This document shows positions 8,802 to 20,744 of a stretch of 48,978 bases of DNA, one piece after another (the stretch's first letter is position 1; each line of letters opens with the position of its first letter). The stretch is from a virus (lineage: Duplodnaviria; Caudoviricetes), in the IMG/VR virus record IMGVR_UViG_3300032257_000021, positions 1 through 48,978 of that record; one strand, 5' to 3'. A model generated the notes under the pieces. The model was given only the letters and a program-made list of their open reading frames with translations, had not been told where the DNA came from and did not search any database. Made by a program: the position numbers and the translations under genes.

Positions 8802-10885
8802 TACTCAGCTTCCTGAGCTGCATTCCATAGTTGTAGAGCCCTATCAGCCTTTCCTTTAACACGAGGGTCTGACAAGAGAAGCTGTAATGCTTCTCCACCG
8901 TCCCCATAGACTTTCTGAAACATCTTCATTGTCTCTAAGGTGAGACTTTTAAATACAGGCTCACTACTTTCTGGTGTAGCTATTTTTTCTTCTTCTGTGA
9001 GGCCATTATTTTCTTCTTGGGGAGCTTGTTCTGCCTTCAAAGGCAGGATACCTGCAAACAGCCCCTCAGCTATACGCTGTCTACTGACAGCCTTCTCATT
9101 GTTAGCTGCTGCAACATTCTCCCAAGCATTCAATAGGTTTGTGACACGATTTCTATAGGTATTATTAAACTCTATCACTGTGCCCTCAAATCTTGCGACA
9201 GCTTCTCTAGGAAGCTTAGCGTCTGCCTTAAGGCTCAGTTGAATATTCCCCTGTTCATCTACAGAGATGTCAGCCATCTCGAATAAAGACAAATTATCAA
9301 TCCCTCTACCAGAAGTAGCCTGCCTTAATATTTGATTCTTGTCAATGAAAGCTCTCATATGAGGGAGAAGTTTTTCACTACCATAGGCATCTAACACTTT
9401 GGATGATGTCTGTAAAAACTCTTTATCAGCCTCCACTTTACTACCACTACTCCCAAACACCTTACTACCAAAGAAGTCAATTGCAGCTTCGTAGGTAAAC
9501 ATGTGGTACTCTGTGGGAGAATTTCTTAGCCCTTTCATAGCCTCTTCTGTTAAACTGATATTACCATTTACATCTTCACCAGTTTGTAGGGCCCCTCGGA
9601 GTTGCTTAAATACATCAGAATATATATTCTTCTGCTCTGCAACACCTTGCTGATCTCCATAGCTCTCTTGCATTTCACTTAAGGTGAAAGAAGCTTTCTT
9701 ATTATCAGGCTTCTTACTATTAATCTCAGTATTAAATTTCGTTACACTGTCATTTCTAGCTTTGTCTAAACCAAACTCAGCACCAATACTTGCTCCCACC
9801 TGTTGCCCAAGGGCTTGTGTAGTGAGTCCGGGAGCAGCTTGTCCTGCCCTCTTTAATATAGAAAGGGCAGCTGCTGTCTCGGGACGCTTCGCCATTAGTC
9901 TAATATACGCTTGGTCATCAAAGTTCTGAATTATTTGTGTATTAAGTTCATTCTTTGTCTTACCTAATAGCGTATCCCTAGTGATGGATACATAATTCTT
10001 AAGAGCAGTTACATACTCTCCTGTCTTTTCTTTAGAAACATTAGACAGGTTGTTCTGTAATACTATAGCATCAATACTACTCTGAGCATTAGCCTCTAAA
10101 CTATTTAAACTGTTTAGTATTTTTTCTCTTTCAGCGGCTGGGACATTAGCAATACTGCCATATGTCTTCATTACTTGACTTACTTGTTGATCTATAGGAG
10201 CTACCAGATTTCTATTCATAGCTACAGGAAGCAGCTGATTAGCTTTGTGGGTGTCTATAACACCAGCAGTTTTAATCTTGTCTAATATACGCTGTTCACC
10301 AACAGCCTTTTGATATTTAGCTTCGGCAAACAAATCTCTAGGGTCTACATAGAATTTACGCATATCAGCTTCTAAGGCTTTTTGCTGAGCAACAGCCAGA
10401 GCTTGTTCACTCTTCACTGTACTTTCAAGAGAAGATACAAAGGCACTAGCACTGCCAGCACTACTCTTCTTAAATATATTTCCTATCTCTGTTCGCAAAT
10501 GAGGATAGGCAGCAAGAGACTCTTTAACTTTAGCATTGACACGAGTGAGTGCTGAGGAGGCTGATAAGCCTGCATCCTTAGCTTTATCAATTCTTCGCAC
10601 TTCCTTAGCAATTCTATTCAAACTCTTCTCATCATTGAGATTAGCACCAGCTAGGAGCTGAGTTTTAGCATCGTCAAAGGCGGCATTCTCTACCTTATCA
10701 CTGTCATACTGACTCTTAATCTTATCTATATTACTTTCAATACCAGCAGTAACAGAGCCCTTATGTAGCTCAAATCCTATATCACCTGCTGTTGTAATAG
10801 TGTCTGCTAACGAAGTATCTACTCTAGGCCCAGAGGGGCCAGCTGTAAATCCTACATCCCCTACATCTTTACTAAACTCAGCCAT
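8801..10885 (-). CDS. Internal virion (ejection) protein
   Basis: 694 aa, helical; position after the nozzle module. Confidence 0.6.
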   Translation of the reverse strand: MAEFSKDVGDVGFTAGPSGPRVDTSLADTITTAGDIGFELHKGSVTAGIESNIDKIKSQYDSDKVENAAFDDAKTQLLAGANLNDEKSLNRIAKEVRRIDKAKDAGLSASSALTRVNAKVKESLAAYPHLRTEIGNIFKKSSAGSASAFVSSLESTVKSEQALAVAQQKALEADMRKFYVDPRDLFAEAKYQKAVGEQRILDKIKTAGVIDTHKANQLLPVAMNRNLVAPIDQQVSQVMKTYGSIANVPAAEREKILNSLNSLEANAQSSIDAIVLQNNLSNVSKEKTGEYVTALKNYVSITRDTLLGKTKNELNTQIIQNFDDQAYIRLMAKRPETAAALSILKRAGQAAPGLTTQALGQQVGASIGAEFGLDKARNDSVTKFNTEINSKKPDNKKASFTLSEMQESYGDQQGVAEQKNIYSDVFKQLRGALQTGEDVNGNISLTEEAMKGLRNSPTEYHMFTYEAAIDFFGSKVFGSSGSKVEADKEFLQTSSKVLDAYGSEKLLPHMRAFIDKNQILRQATSGRGIDNLSLFEMADISVDEQGNIQLSLKADAKLPREAVARFEGTVIEFNNTYRNRVTNLLNAWENVAAANNEKAVSRQRIAEGLFAGILPLKAEQAPQEENNGLTEEEKIATPESSEPVFKSLTLETMKMFQKVYGDGGEALQLLLSDPRVKGKADRALQLWNAAQEAE

Positions 10886-13800
10886 TATTGGCTCCTCTGT
10901 AATAAGTCATTAGCACCTGCAATGTCGTCATACAAGCTCTTAACAAAATCTTTAACTTTTTGTTTTTCTTCTGTTGGAATAGAAGGGTCATGATCTATAT
11001 TAATATAGAGCCCTTCTTTAGTTTGATCTGGGTTTTGGAGCATATGGTTTTTCATAAACATTGCTGTGAACTTCTCAAAATCTGTATGCCGTCTAAACTC
11101 TTCCTTAGCCATCATTGCAACTTGCATTCCATATGCAGGATTACCAGCAAATAAATTCCTAATTAGGTTGCCTTGTATCTGAGCAGCTTCTAATTCATTA
11201 GGATGCTCATACCAAATCTTATAGAATGTACGAGCAACATCTTTAGCGTCTTTCTTTATCTGCTTCCTGTCAGCAACACTCTGCTCTACTTTCTCCCAAT
11301 GGCGTGTCTCAGCTTGTGTAGGAACACCCACTAAAGCTTTAGCTAACAGCTCTGTAGCTGTAGCATCACTGATAGGCTTCCCTTGCTTAGTCACTGTCTG
11401 TAACTTACCTATACGGTTTTCTAAACCCTTAGACATATTGTATTGAGCAACTTTAGAGAACTGCCCGAAGTATCTACCCATCTCCTGAATACTCTTAAGC
11501 ACGAGTTCTACACTATCGTCATCAGGATTCTGGGCCCACATGTGACGAATAGACGTAGCGGCTGCGGCTATATTAGGGCCTAAGCTGCTAGAAGCACCCG
11601 CTAATATCTCCATAGCAGAGGAGTCGCCTGTTATGAAAGCACTAGCAAAGTCATGCATAAATCCAACTCTAGCTAACGGAGACATGTCCTTACTCCAAGC
11701 AAGCTTAGTAGTTCCTACATCACTACCACCAACTAAATCTAAAGATGTATTAAGCATAGTTTGGAACAAGCCCCCTTTAAGGGCTTGGTACAAAGGCTCA
11801 CTCAAATTAATACCAGAATCTTCTAGTGCACTGTCTACTAAGGCATCGAGCCCATATACACCAGCAGCTCCATACATAGTATACAAACCAAGAGCGTATC
11901 GTCCTCGAACACCATTGAGAGCTTTAGTACCACCTGCTGCTGTAGGCATAATGTTTAGTAGAGCTTTGTTCTGTATAGACCAGAACTGTGTCATAGCAGC
12001 GAAAGCCCCTCTCTGATAGTCCATCCTTCCAGATTTAGTCATATCAAAGCCATATACTTTACTGTCAGCTGCTATTCTATCTAGCACCCCTTGACTACTA
12101 TTCCAACGAATCTTTGGATTGTTCTGTGTGTGTAAGTGGCGAGCAAAGCTCCAGCTCACCATCTGATTGAATATTTCTCCAGCATCAAAACCTGCTGCTT
12201 TCATTACAGCGACAGGACTCTTCATGGCTGTAAGTACATTATCAGCTATATACCCACCTCTAGTTTTAGCAGCAGATCTACTTAAACCAAAGTTTAATTC
12301 ATTGATATATACATTACTGTCAATTGCGTAAGCCTTACCTGTCTTACGGAATTGATTGAACACTTCCATCCATTCTTTTTCTGAATAGCCAAAGCTTTTA
12401 GCTACAGGGAGAATCATAGCCATAGCTGCTTTATTCTCATGTCCCATCATTGTAGCAGAGAGAAGCGTAGCATCCCTAGCAGCCTTACTTAAAGCTAACG
12501 GACTAACTCCCACCATATGATACATGCTCTGCCCCTGAAGGAAGAGCTGCCTTCCCGGATTAAGAGCTAAGGACATTGTAAACATACTACCTGTCAACAT
12601 TCTTCCGGGAGATGTATTAGCCAAGCCTTTGAGGAACACTTCAGCAGAGGCTTCTGACATAAACTGTACACCAGCCTTAGCAATAGAAGCATCTATGTTT
12701 AACATAGTATTTTTCCATATTCTATCTATATTAGTTTCAATACCTCTGAAACCTTCTATATAATTATGGAAAGAATTAGCTCTTAATAAGTCTGGATTCT
12801 CTACAGCCTTGCCTGCTTTAGCAAGCTCATGTCCTATATACCTACCTTCGTTATCAAAGAACTGCGGCCATGTCTTTCTCAGTCTAGCAGAATTAACATC
12901 TAATAATTTGTTATGTGTCACAGAAGTAGAAATGGCGTTGCTTACACGCTCAATAGATTGGATAGGATCAGCTATTCTGCCTTTGCTCCCATCCATACGT
13001 TTAAGATGCTCGCCACGTTTATTGAACCAATACCCTACATTAGAATTCAATAGCTTGTTATGTTGAGCAAGCTGTTGTCCAGAAGAGGATATATTCCTAT
13101 CTTCTCTAAAGCTAAATCTTTTATTAGCTTCTGCTGCAAGTGAGGGTAGCAAATCAATTTTCTCAGCGTTGGACAGCCCTTGTAATTCGTCTTCTATATA
13201 AGAAGCTTTAGCTCTTTCCACCATAGCTTTAGCTTCCACTCTAGAGGAAGCTGTACCAAAGGTACGCTTATGATTGGAAACATCTTTCCCGTCTACACGA
13301 GCTGTTGTGAGCTCATCTATATAAAAAGGTTCTACATTAAGTTTATGTACATAGCCATCTCGTCTTTGTAATACATGAAGAGGCAATTCTGTTATAGCAT
13401 TTGCTTTAACAAATGCGTAATTAAACACACCCTTGCCATCATCAAACTTACTCAACACTTTAACTAATGACTCACCTCTGGTGTATCTGTGAGCAATCTC
13501 TTTCTCAGAGAGTGTTGTAGCAGTGCCCGTGAGAGGATCATATACTTCTTTAATATCATCAACAAGTTTTGTAGCAGCATCTCTATCTATAGGGATGCCA
13601 GCATTTTCAATAACAACGCCATCTCCTCTATCAATACGCAGCCCTTTGTTACCAGCTGCTATGAGGGTGTCCCTTACTTCTCTATTTTTCAAATCATATA
13701 CAACATCCCAGAAAGCTCTATTAGACAAATAGCCAATAGTCTCATCTTCTGAAAAGCCTAAATTTCTAAGCTGTTCTGGATTGTAGGCTATGCCAAGTTG

Positions 13801-15756
13801 ATCTCCTTCAGAGATAAGGTTGGTAACTTTCTGTTTACTAGCAAATGGAAGAGTCTGGTAAGGCTTAGTTAGCGAGAACAGGTCATGCTTAAACACAAAC
13901 TTCTTCTCATTTCCTACTATAAATCCACCATGAATGTCCATAGCATATTTAGATTCAGGAGATCTAAAGAAGCCTAGAAAGCCCCCTGATGGATCTATAT
14001 GAGCTGGATCTAAAGGCATCAAGTCATTATAAGGAAGAGCTTTCTCACCTTTCACTTGCAAGAAGAATTCTCCTCCTGCACCAGCTTTAATTTTCTCTGC
14101 AAATCGCTCAGACATCTTAGAAAGCTGAGCAGCCTCTGTAAGGAGCTGCTCTTTCTTAGCCCCCTTCTCTAGCTTAGCTTCTGCACGAAGCTTCACAATA
14201 TCCTTCTTAGCTATCTTAATCTCACGCTTGATAGCTGAGACATCTACACTCTTAGCAAAATGAGCACCATTAGCAAACTCTTCAAGTTCATCTGTAACAG
14301 TGTTTCTAACCATGACAGTGAAATCTGAAGATTTGAAGTTTCTATTATTCCCTTTGAGGAATAATTGCATAGCCTTTTGAGCCTCTACTCTAGAGAAGAA
14401 ACCTTGTGTATTATCTTTTCCTAATACAGCTTGGTACTCTATAAAGCCTGTCTCTCCTTTTCTACCCATTCTAAATTTATCAGGATGCCATACGAATACA
14501 CCTTCTGCACCATTAAGCGCAGTGGTCATTGTATTAATACGAGCCTCAAAGTCTTTGTCTGTATAGATGAAAGTATTTTCAGGAATCTGCATTATAGCTT
14601 CCTTACTCACTTGAATCCCTTCCATAGCCTCCTTAACTTTTGGAGGGACACCTGCAAAGGGAGCTCCATCAATAGGCTGAGGCATTGCATTCATAGCAGC
14701 CCCTTCAGGAGTTGTACCCATACTGGTAGCTACGTCAGCATTTTTAATACTCTCTGCATGTAAGATGCTACCAAGCTCTGGATCTGCTGCTGTTATATTA
14801 CCAAGAGCTCCGTGAGGCGTAGCTCTTTCAGCTACAGACTCTACACCATTGAAATATTTCCCTACTATCTTCCCTAAAGATTTAGCAGGCAGGACACCAA
14901 ACAATTCAACAGAACCTAATATATTATCTATGATGCGTGTAGCATCACTGTCTGGGCCACCGGGCTGTAGGTAATGCTTCAGAGATTCCAAAGCAAATGT
15001 CTTAGCCATATCGTTCTGCTGCCCTGTGGACAGATCAGAGATAACACCAGAGTTTCTAACAATACTTTCTACAACACGCTCAATTTCTTTCTCTTGCTGT
15101 TCTACAGGAGTATTCTTTATATGTGTTGCTAATGCTTGATAAGCATCACCAGCCATTACATAATAACGTTCATCTAAAATCTCTTTTGTAACAGAGCCTA
15201 GTGTAGCAGGAGTCTGTAGTGGTAGGAGTAAATCTGCAAAGTCCTTAGTAATATCCCAAGCAGCTGTAGGATTTTTAGATTCCTCTGTAGAGGCTAATGT
15301 ATTAAGTGTATCAATAAGACGAGTACGCTCTCCTATAGTTTTAAGTACACTAAAAGCACGCTCTTCATTGTCCTTACTAGGGGTGCGTAAAGCACTGCGT
15401 TGTGCTGTCTTTTCTAATGCGGTGAGCTTTACACTAGGATCTTCTTGTGTAAGATTTATATACCCATCTAAGATTTCTTGAGTAGTACCACCAGACTTTA
15501 CAGCTTCTCGCTTCATGTAGTCCATGTAGCTATCAGCATTGTCCTTAGCTATCTTTCCCTTTAAGTCTGCTATATCTATGTCAGCAGATTCAGAGTTAGC
15601 TGCTTCTTTGTAGCGTTCAAAGGTTTCTATAAGAGGCTTATCCTCAGCTAAAGCTGCATATACAGCAGTCCTATTAGCTTCAGCAGGTTCCACTCGTTGC
15701 TTTACAGGTATAGACAAATCATCTACAGGAGGTGATAATTGATTTAATTCTTCCAC
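10885..15756 (-). CDS. Large internal virion (ejection) protein
   Basis: 1623 aa with GTG start; podoviral core-protein position. Confidence 0.7.
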   Translation of the reverse strand: MEELNQLSPPVDDLSIPVKQRVEPAEANRTAVYAALAEDKPLIETFERYKEAANSESADIDIADLKGKIAKDNADSYMDYMKREAVKSGGTTQEILDGYINLTQEDPSVKLTALEKTAQRSALRTPSKDNEERAFSVLKTIGERTRLIDTLNTLASTEESKNPTAAWDITKDFADLLLPLQTPATLGSVTKEILDERYYVMAGDAYQALATHIKNTPVEQQEKEIERVVESIVRNSGVISDLSTGQQNDMAKTFALESLKHYLQPGGPDSDATRIIDNILGSVELFGVLPAKSLGKIVGKYFNGVESVAERATPHGALGNITAADPELGSILHAESIKNADVATSMGTTPEGAAMNAMPQPIDGAPFAGVPPKVKEAMEGIQVSKEAIMQIPENTFIYTDKDFEARINTMTTALNGAEGVFVWHPDKFRMGRKGETGFIEYQAVLGKDNTQGFFSRVEAQKAMQLFLKGNNRNFKSSDFTVMVRNTVTDELEEFANGAHFAKSVDVSAIKREIKIAKKDIVKLRAEAKLEKGAKKEQLLTEAAQLSKMSERFAEKIKAGAGGEFFLQVKGEKALPYNDLMPLDPAHIDPSGGFLGFFRSPESKYAMDIHGGFIVGNEKKFVFKHDLFSLTKPYQTLPFASKQKVTNLISEGDQLGIAYNPEQLRNLGFSEDETIGYLSNRAFWDVVYDLKNREVRDTLIAAGNKGLRIDRGDGVVIENAGIPIDRDAATKLVDDIKEVYDPLTGTATTLSEKEIAHRYTRGESLVKVLSKFDDGKGVFNYAFVKANAITELPLHVLQRRDGYVHKLNVEPFYIDELTTARVDGKDVSNHKRTFGTASSRVEAKAMVERAKASYIEDELQGLSNAEKIDLLPSLAAEANKRFSFREDRNISSSGQQLAQHNKLLNSNVGYWFNKRGEHLKRMDGSKGRIADPIQSIERVSNAISTSVTHNKLLDVNSARLRKTWPQFFDNEGRYIGHELAKAGKAVENPDLLRANSFHNYIEGFRGIETNIDRIWKNTMLNIDASIAKAGVQFMSEASAEVFLKGLANTSPGRMLTGSMFTMSLALNPGRQLFLQGQSMYHMVGVSPLALSKAARDATLLSATMMGHENKAAMAMILPVAKSFGYSEKEWMEVFNQFRKTGKAYAIDSNVYINELNFGLSRSAAKTRGGYIADNVLTAMKSPVAVMKAAGFDAGEIFNQMVSWSFARHLHTQNNPKIRWNSSQGVLDRIAADSKVYGFDMTKSGRMDYQRGAFAAMTQFWSIQNKALLNIMPTAAGGTKALNGVRGRYALGLYTMYGAAGVYGLDALVDSALEDSGINLSEPLYQALKGGLFQTMLNTSLDLVGGSDVGTTKLAWSKDMSPLARVGFMHDFASAFITGDSSAMEILAGASSSLGPNIAAAATSIRHMWAQNPDDDSVELVLKSIQEMGRYFGQFSKVAQYNMSKGLENRIGKLQTVTKQGKPISDATATELLAKALVGVPTQAETRHWEKVEQSVADRKQIKKDAKDVARTFYKIWYEHPNELEAAQIQGNLIRNLFAGNPAYGMQVAMMAKEEFRRHTDFEKFTAMFMKNHMLQNPDQTKEGLYINIDHDPSIPTEEKQKVKDFVKSLYDDIAGANDLLQRSQ

Positions 15757-16346
15757 TATTTAAAGATACTCTTATAATCTGCAAATTTACTTGCCACTTT
15801 ACCAGCAGCTCCAAAAGCTGCTTGGGAAGCTTGTGCACTAGCTACGTCACTCCCTGCTGAGAATATACTCTGTTGTATACTCTGGCTCTGGTCTAGGAAA
15901 CTTAAATTTCCTGCAAGCTGACTGCCAACACCAGCTGTGCCTCCAGATACAGCACTAGACCCTAAGCCTACTCCTGCTTGTTCACCACCAGCCACTATCT
16001 CTGCACGTTTAATACGTGCTGCTCGTATAGCCTGCCTACGCTGCCTCTGGTTCTTTAAGTCTGCCATACGCTGCTGCTGAGCAGTCTGTCTCTTGCTTGC
16101 TTTATCTACCTGAATCCCTTGGTAGATACTACCAACACCAGCCGCTATACCAACACCAGCCGCTATACCACCTAGAGTTAATCCACCTGAAACCGCACCC
16201 GCAGATGCAGCAGCCCCTCCAGCAAAAGCGGCAGCAGATGTTCCATACGTCACCCCGCCAGTTGTGCCTAGTGTTCCAAGGAAAGCAGTGACAGGCTCAC
16301 AATGTCCCATCCTACTCTGTGTCATTTTTTCTAATTTATTCAACAT
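15756..16346 (-). CDS. Small internal virion protein (T7 gp14-like position)
   Basis: Gly/Ala-rich hydrophobic N-terminus and Q/R-rich helix. Confidence 0.65.
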   Translation of the reverse strand: MLNKLEKMTQSRMGHCEPVTAFLGTLGTTGGVTYGTSAAAFAGGAAASAGAVSGGLTLGGIAAGVGIAAGVGSIYQGIQVDKASKRQTAQQQRMADLKNQRQRRQAIRAARIKRAEIVAGGEQAGVGLGSSAVSGGTAGVGSQLAGNLSFLDQSQSIQQSIFSAGSDVASAQASQAAFGAAGKVASKFADYKSIFK

Positions 16347-16645
16347 TTCAACAGTCTCCGAGTGTCCTGCTCTGTATCTATAATATATGTTTCTGTTGGC
16401 TCAAAGCCAAACATCTTAGCAAATTTAATAAGCTTCTCATCTTTAGCAGCTGCATATATTGTTTCATATCCCTTGTTCTTAAGTGCTGTTATGACACTCT
16501 CCCAAACAAGCTTCTGGTGTTTATAGCTGCTCTTAGTCCATTTATAAATATAACAATGTATAATGGGCATATTATCTGGAGTTAGCTCTAAGAACAACTC
16601 TCCAGTATCATCCTTATATATTGTAGGATGTAAAATCTTAGACAA
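16340..16645 (-). CDS. GNAT-like virion-assembly protein
   Basis: KFAKMFGFE C-terminal GNAT-like motif; position between nozzle and core genes; TTG start inferred. Confidence 0.5.
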   Translation of the reverse strand: MSKILHPTIYKDDTGELFLELTPDNMPIIHCYIYKWTKSSYKHQKLVWESVITALKNKGYETIYAAAKDEKLIKFAKMFGFEPTETYIIDTEQDTRRLLKC

Positions 16646-18941
16646 AAGGAGTGCCTGTATATGTAACAGACCATCCCAATATCTCACAGTCTTTTCCTGT
16701 TTCTGATGTTAGATATAAAGCGAGGGCTTTCCCTTTCCCTCTCACCTTATTTTTAGTAGTAATTACATCAAAGCCATAATCAAACGTATCTCCACTACCA
16801 GAGGGTATATAGTTACGATTGAATCTATAGGCTGGCAACTCACTAGACCACCTCCCACTATTGGTACTATCTGAAAAGTCCCATCTGCTCTGGTACTTAC
16901 AACCCGATGGGTTCTCTAACACCAAATCTCCATTACTGTCTGTAATGAAACCTGTTTCCGTCCTTGAAAAATGAAATGTAATATATGTTGCTTGCTTGTC
17001 TCGTTGACTGTCTTGAAGCAATTCATGTCCTGTTACTAAATAGCTAGTGTAGTCCACACCTGTACCATCTGCTCCAACCCAATCTGTGAAAGAGCTGTTA
17101 TTATATAAGCTATATATAATCTTAGAATTAGTAGAAGCTGCTAGAGGAACAACTGTTAAATACTTTGTAGCTGTTGAAGCTCCTGATGGTTGAGCTACAC
17201 CAATAGTAACATCAACTCCTCCTACAGTAACAGCTACACCACCAACAGTCACCACCCTAGATACATCTGCTGTTATTAGATTTGGGGTAGAAACATAACC
17301 AGCTACATAAGGGCTATTAGAGGCTAAACTGGAGATTGTGTTCTTATAAAAGGCTGTTAGCACTGTGTCAAAGACGAGCTCTGTATCATATTTATTTACA
17401 TAACTGCTTCCTGTATAGGTGCTATCTCCGTTGTAAAGCCAGCTCACCTTCTTACTCACGCTGTCATAATGCCCTGTGGCATATAAGCGTGAGCTACTAG
17501 ACAGTCCTTGATATAATGTCTGTACTGTTGTCTCTGTAATATTTGTTGGACTGAGCCTACCAGAAGCATTGTCTGTAGCTAATACATATATTCCACCATC
17601 ACTCCAATAGAATACATTTCCCTCAGCTGTTACAACACTGCTACTGCTAATACTACCAACATTAGTAATCTTACTCACTTGGAAAGCATCAGCTGTAAAA
17701 CCAGCGTCTGTATCTCCTCGCAATTCCCATACACCATTGTCAGCAAATATAACTAATGAGTCTCTTACAGGCTCTAGTCGATGTACCACACCTACTTCCG
17801 GTATGACAATTACGCCACCATCAGTGGCAACTAAGTCAGATATAATCTCAGATGTTGGGTCAGCTACTTGATAGCACTTCCCTACTTTAGCTTCGTCTTC
17901 AATTAGCTGACTGTAATAGACATAGCCATTAACAGATGGGCCACCATCTGCATCACTCCGTACTCCCGAATAGAAGGCTCTACCTGCATAGAAAGCTACA
18001 GCAGAGGGCCTACCCTTCTCTGTCTCTGTAGAAATGCCTGACAAACTGGCAGCTGTATCTCTATCTCTAGCAAAGGCATTTAATATATAGTGCCCTCTGG
18101 GGGCAGGAGTATTACCAAAATAGATTTCATCTAAATCTGCTTGATTAAAGACACCAGTACTATTCTTCCCTGCTGTCCAGACTTGAGCGTTGCTGGGATA
18201 AACAGCATTAGCGACAGTGTCTATAACAAGCTCCCAAGAAAGTGTTGCTGGGTTATATACAAAGTCTACTGTTGTAGAAGAGGAACTAAAATAGGTATCT
18301 ATATGAGCTTGTGACCACCCTTGATTATATAAATTATATTGATGGTCTAGACTTAATGTTGTAGGTCTGCCATCTGTATCCAAGCCAGCTTCAGGCAGCC
18401 CTAAGAAATCTCTTATTTCTATAGTGATTTGTGTGACAGATATAGTGTCATTATCTTTGTCATACGAGATGTAGAAAGGCTCTGTATCTTCTGATACAAC
18501 AAATAACAGTCCTCTACCAGAGGCTGTAAATATTGGCTTACTGCCAATGTTCTGGGCAGAGGCTGTTGCATAGGTTGAGAGGTCAACAGTGAAAGCTTTC
18601 ACATTACTTGACAGGTCAGCTTGCTGTCTGTCATAGAAATATAACGTGCTCCCTGTCTGTACGACAGAGAAGCTGTACAGTCCACTATTAGCAGCATTCT
18701 CCCAGACATGATTGGTGACAGCGAGATCACTAAATGTAGATGTAGCTATGTCTGCTGAAAGGCTTCCACCACTCTCATAGTCTATTCCTTGTCTCCGTCT
18801 ACGACTACCATTCCTATTGAGGATGAAATTCTCTTCTTCACTAGAAGCATTCTCTGGATAGGTTAGTTGGCTCGCTTCAGTAATTAAACCAGCAATAAAA
18901 TTGCTGTATTCTTTACTTACTGTTGGTCTTTGTCTTGGCAT
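16638..18941 (-). CDS. Tail nozzle / tail tubular protein B
   Basis: 767 aa, beta-propeller-like; NFIAGLITEAS N-terminus; synteny. Confidence 0.75.
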   Translation of the reverse strand: MPRQRPTVSKEYSNFIAGLITEASQLTYPENASSEEENFILNRNGSRRRRQGIDYESGGSLSADIATSTFSDLAVTNHVWENAANSGLYSFSVVQTGSTLYFYDRQQADLSSNVKAFTVDLSTYATASAQNIGSKPIFTASGRGLLFVVSEDTEPFYISYDKDNDTISVTQITIEIRDFLGLPEAGLDTDGRPTTLSLDHQYNLYNQGWSQAHIDTYFSSSSTTVDFVYNPATLSWELVIDTVANAVYPSNAQVWTAGKNSTGVFNQADLDEIYFGNTPAPRGHYILNAFARDRDTAASLSGISTETEKGRPSAVAFYAGRAFYSGVRSDADGGPSVNGYVYYSQLIEDEAKVGKCYQVADPTSEIISDLVATDGGVIVIPEVGVVHRLEPVRDSLVIFADNGVWELRGDTDAGFTADAFQVSKITNVGSISSSSVVTAEGNVFYWSDGGIYVLATDNASGRLSPTNITETTVQTLYQGLSSSSRLYATGHYDSVSKKVSWLYNGDSTYTGSSYVNKYDTELVFDTVLTAFYKNTISSLASNSPYVAGYVSTPNLITADVSRVVTVGGVAVTVGGVDVTIGVAQPSGASTATKYLTVVPLAASTNSKIIYSLYNNSSFTDWVGADGTGVDYTSYLVTGHELLQDSQRDKQATYITFHFSRTETGFITDSNGDLVLENPSGCKYQSRWDFSDSTNSGRWSSELPAYRFNRNYIPSGSGDTFDYGFDVITTKNKVRGKGKALALYLTSETGKDCEILGWSVTYTGTPFV

Positions 18942-19122
18942 CTACGTTCTTCTTTCCTAGATATTTTTCAATAGCTTGTGCTGCCGCAGCAGTAGAATTG
19001 TATAGCCCTTTAAGTTCTTTAGGTATCTGCCCACCAGATTTGAATTCTATTTCCCATAGAGCTGTATTATTTGCTATGCGTAGTCCAATCTCTTTACCGT
19101 TAGTTGTTTCCCATGTACTCAT
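18913..19122 (-). CDS. Hypothetical protein
   Basis: Coupled in the operon; GGQIPKELKGLY. Confidence 0.65.
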   Translation of the reverse strand: MSTWETTNGKEIGLRIANNTALWEIEFKSGGQIPKELKGLYNSTAAAAQAIEKYLGKKNVDAKTKTNSK

Positions 19123-19871
19123 GAATGCCGTCCGTAATCTGGTTTTTTAATACCACCATTCTGCTGCCATTTCTGACGAGCTAGGAAGGTGCGTTGTCTA
19201 CGAGCTTTCTGCTCTTCTTTAGGATTTGGTGCTTGCTTCAAACTAGTGAAGGCAGCACTCTTAGCTTCTGCTAATAGATAGGGGAACGCTTTAGCTGGAA
19301 GATCAGGAGTGAATGTATCAACAGAGCTCCATACAGCTTCTTTATAAGCTTCCACTTGTGTCTTGCTCTTCTGTAATGTTGTATCTACAGCACTGTCATA
19401 GCTGTCAAACACAATGTATTCATCATCAAAAGATGTATAATAGGTAGGAGCACTGTCTGTAATTACTAGTACAGGTGTTCCATTATAGTCTGTATATTCT
19501 GTTATGTTTGTAGCATCTTCATTTCTTTGCATAACAATATCAAGAAAGTCTTTAGGAGACAAGCATGTTACATCTTGATATATTGTAGCTGTGTTCCCTG
19601 TCTTAATCTTGTCATACTTCACCCAATCAATGTAAGAGACATTGGTTGGTATTTGCATCCACACAGGCTTTGTATTATCCCCTGATGCTTCTAGCTGTGT
19701 CATCATCTTGAGATGAGGCCACTTCCTACTATTAATTATTTCATTGTAGGATGTCTTCACTATCTCAGCTACTTGTAGAGCTTCGACAGTATCATTAATA
19801 CTGTTCACATTATCACTATCCATATCAGATAGAATGCTCTGTGTAATCTCTAGTAAGGTTAGCTTAGGCAT
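19119..19871 (-). CDS. Tail adaptor / tail tubular protein A
   Basis: MPKLTLLEITQSILSDMDSDNVNSI N-terminus; synteny. Confidence 0.75.
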   Translation of the reverse strand: MPKLTLLEITQSILSDMDSDNVNSINDTVEALQVAEIVKTSYNEIINSRKWPHLKMMTQLEASGDNTKPVWMQIPTNVSYIDWVKYDKIKTGNTATIYQDVTCLSPKDFLDIVMQRNEDATNITEYTDYNGTPVLVITDSAPTYYTSFDDEYIVFDSYDSAVDTTLQKSKTQVEAYKEAVWSSVDTFTPDLPAKAFPYLLAEAKSAAFTSLKQAPNPKEEQKARRQRTFLARQKWQQNGGIKKPDYGRHS

Positions 19872-20449
19872 TATTCGGGACTTCCTGTAATTCCTAGATA
19901 AGCATGTGCATAGTCTACAGTTACTGCTGCATCCGCCTGTGTAAAAATTTCAATATAATCATTAGTAGATAAAACAGCATCCCAATTAAGAGCGGCACTA
20001 CCCCAATTAGCTGTAGTAGTTGTACGTACAACTCTACTACCTTCTTGAGCTACCCCATTAATATAGATAACTAATTCTACATCTTTATTACTCCCTGATG
20101 CCTGCTTTACTGAGCAGTTAAAACTCATAAAACAATGCATATCAGGAGTTCCATTGTAAACCAATCGTGCATTAGGAGTTCCTGTTGCAGAAAATAGATT
20201 GGCATGTGTCACTGTGAATGTTGGATCTAGTACTGTGTCAGATGTGGTCACTGAGTGCTGATAAGCTGGAGTCACTGCATCATAAGTTACATACCCCCCT
20301 ATATGTGCAGACAGTTCTTTCCAGTCCCCACTACCTGCACCATCTGATAGATAGAGTTTATTAGTGTCAGAGGCTCCCCCTGTTAAGGAAGATAGTCCCA
20401 TAGGTTCGTGATTATCGGCATCAGCCGTTATATTTTCATGTTCTGGCAT
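19871..20449 (-). CDS. Putative virion structural protein
   Basis: Beta-rich C-terminal domain; lies between head and tail genes. Confidence 0.55.
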   Translation of the reverse strand: MPEHENITADADNHEPMGLSSLTGGASDTNKLYLSDGAGSGDWKELSAHIGGYVTYDAVTPAYQHSVTTSDTVLDPTFTVTHANLFSATGTPNARLVYNGTPDMHCFMSFNCSVKQASGSNKDVELVIYINGVAQEGSRVVRTTTTANWGSAALNWDAVLSTNDYIEIFTQADAAVTVDYAHAYLGITGSPE

Positions 20450-20465
20450 TCTATATTCCCGAATT

Positions 20466-20488
20466 AAGAATAGGGGCCGTTAAGCCCC
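20466..20488 (-). terminator. Rho-independent terminator after head genes
   Basis: GGGGC-TTAACG-GCCCC-TATTCTT on the minus strand. Confidence 0.6.
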
Positions 20489-20495
20489 ATATCCG

Positions 20496-20732
20496 TTAAG
20501 CATCTGCTATAAGACCATGAGCAGCTAATACTTGTAAGATTGCATTAATCTTAGCAGCAAGAGAAGCAACATCATCCTTCTGACCAGCTGTTGTATCATC
20601 CAACGTATCTGTAGCAGTACCTGTAGTACTATCTGTAAGCTCTGCAATTGTAGCAGCTTGTGTTCCTATAATTGGTTTGCCATTCTTATCAGCTAATTGG
20701 CTGATAGCTTTGGCAGGATTTGATAAAGCCAT
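20496..20732 (-). CDS. Small head fibre/decoration-like protein
   Basis: LAAKINAILQVLAAHGLIA C-terminus; AAGGAG RBS. Confidence 0.55.
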   Translation of the reverse strand: MALSNPAKAISQLADKNGKPIIGTQAATIAELTDSTTGTATDTLDDTTAGQKDDVASLAAKINAILQVLAAHGLIADA

Positions 20733-20744
20733 TATATTCTCCTT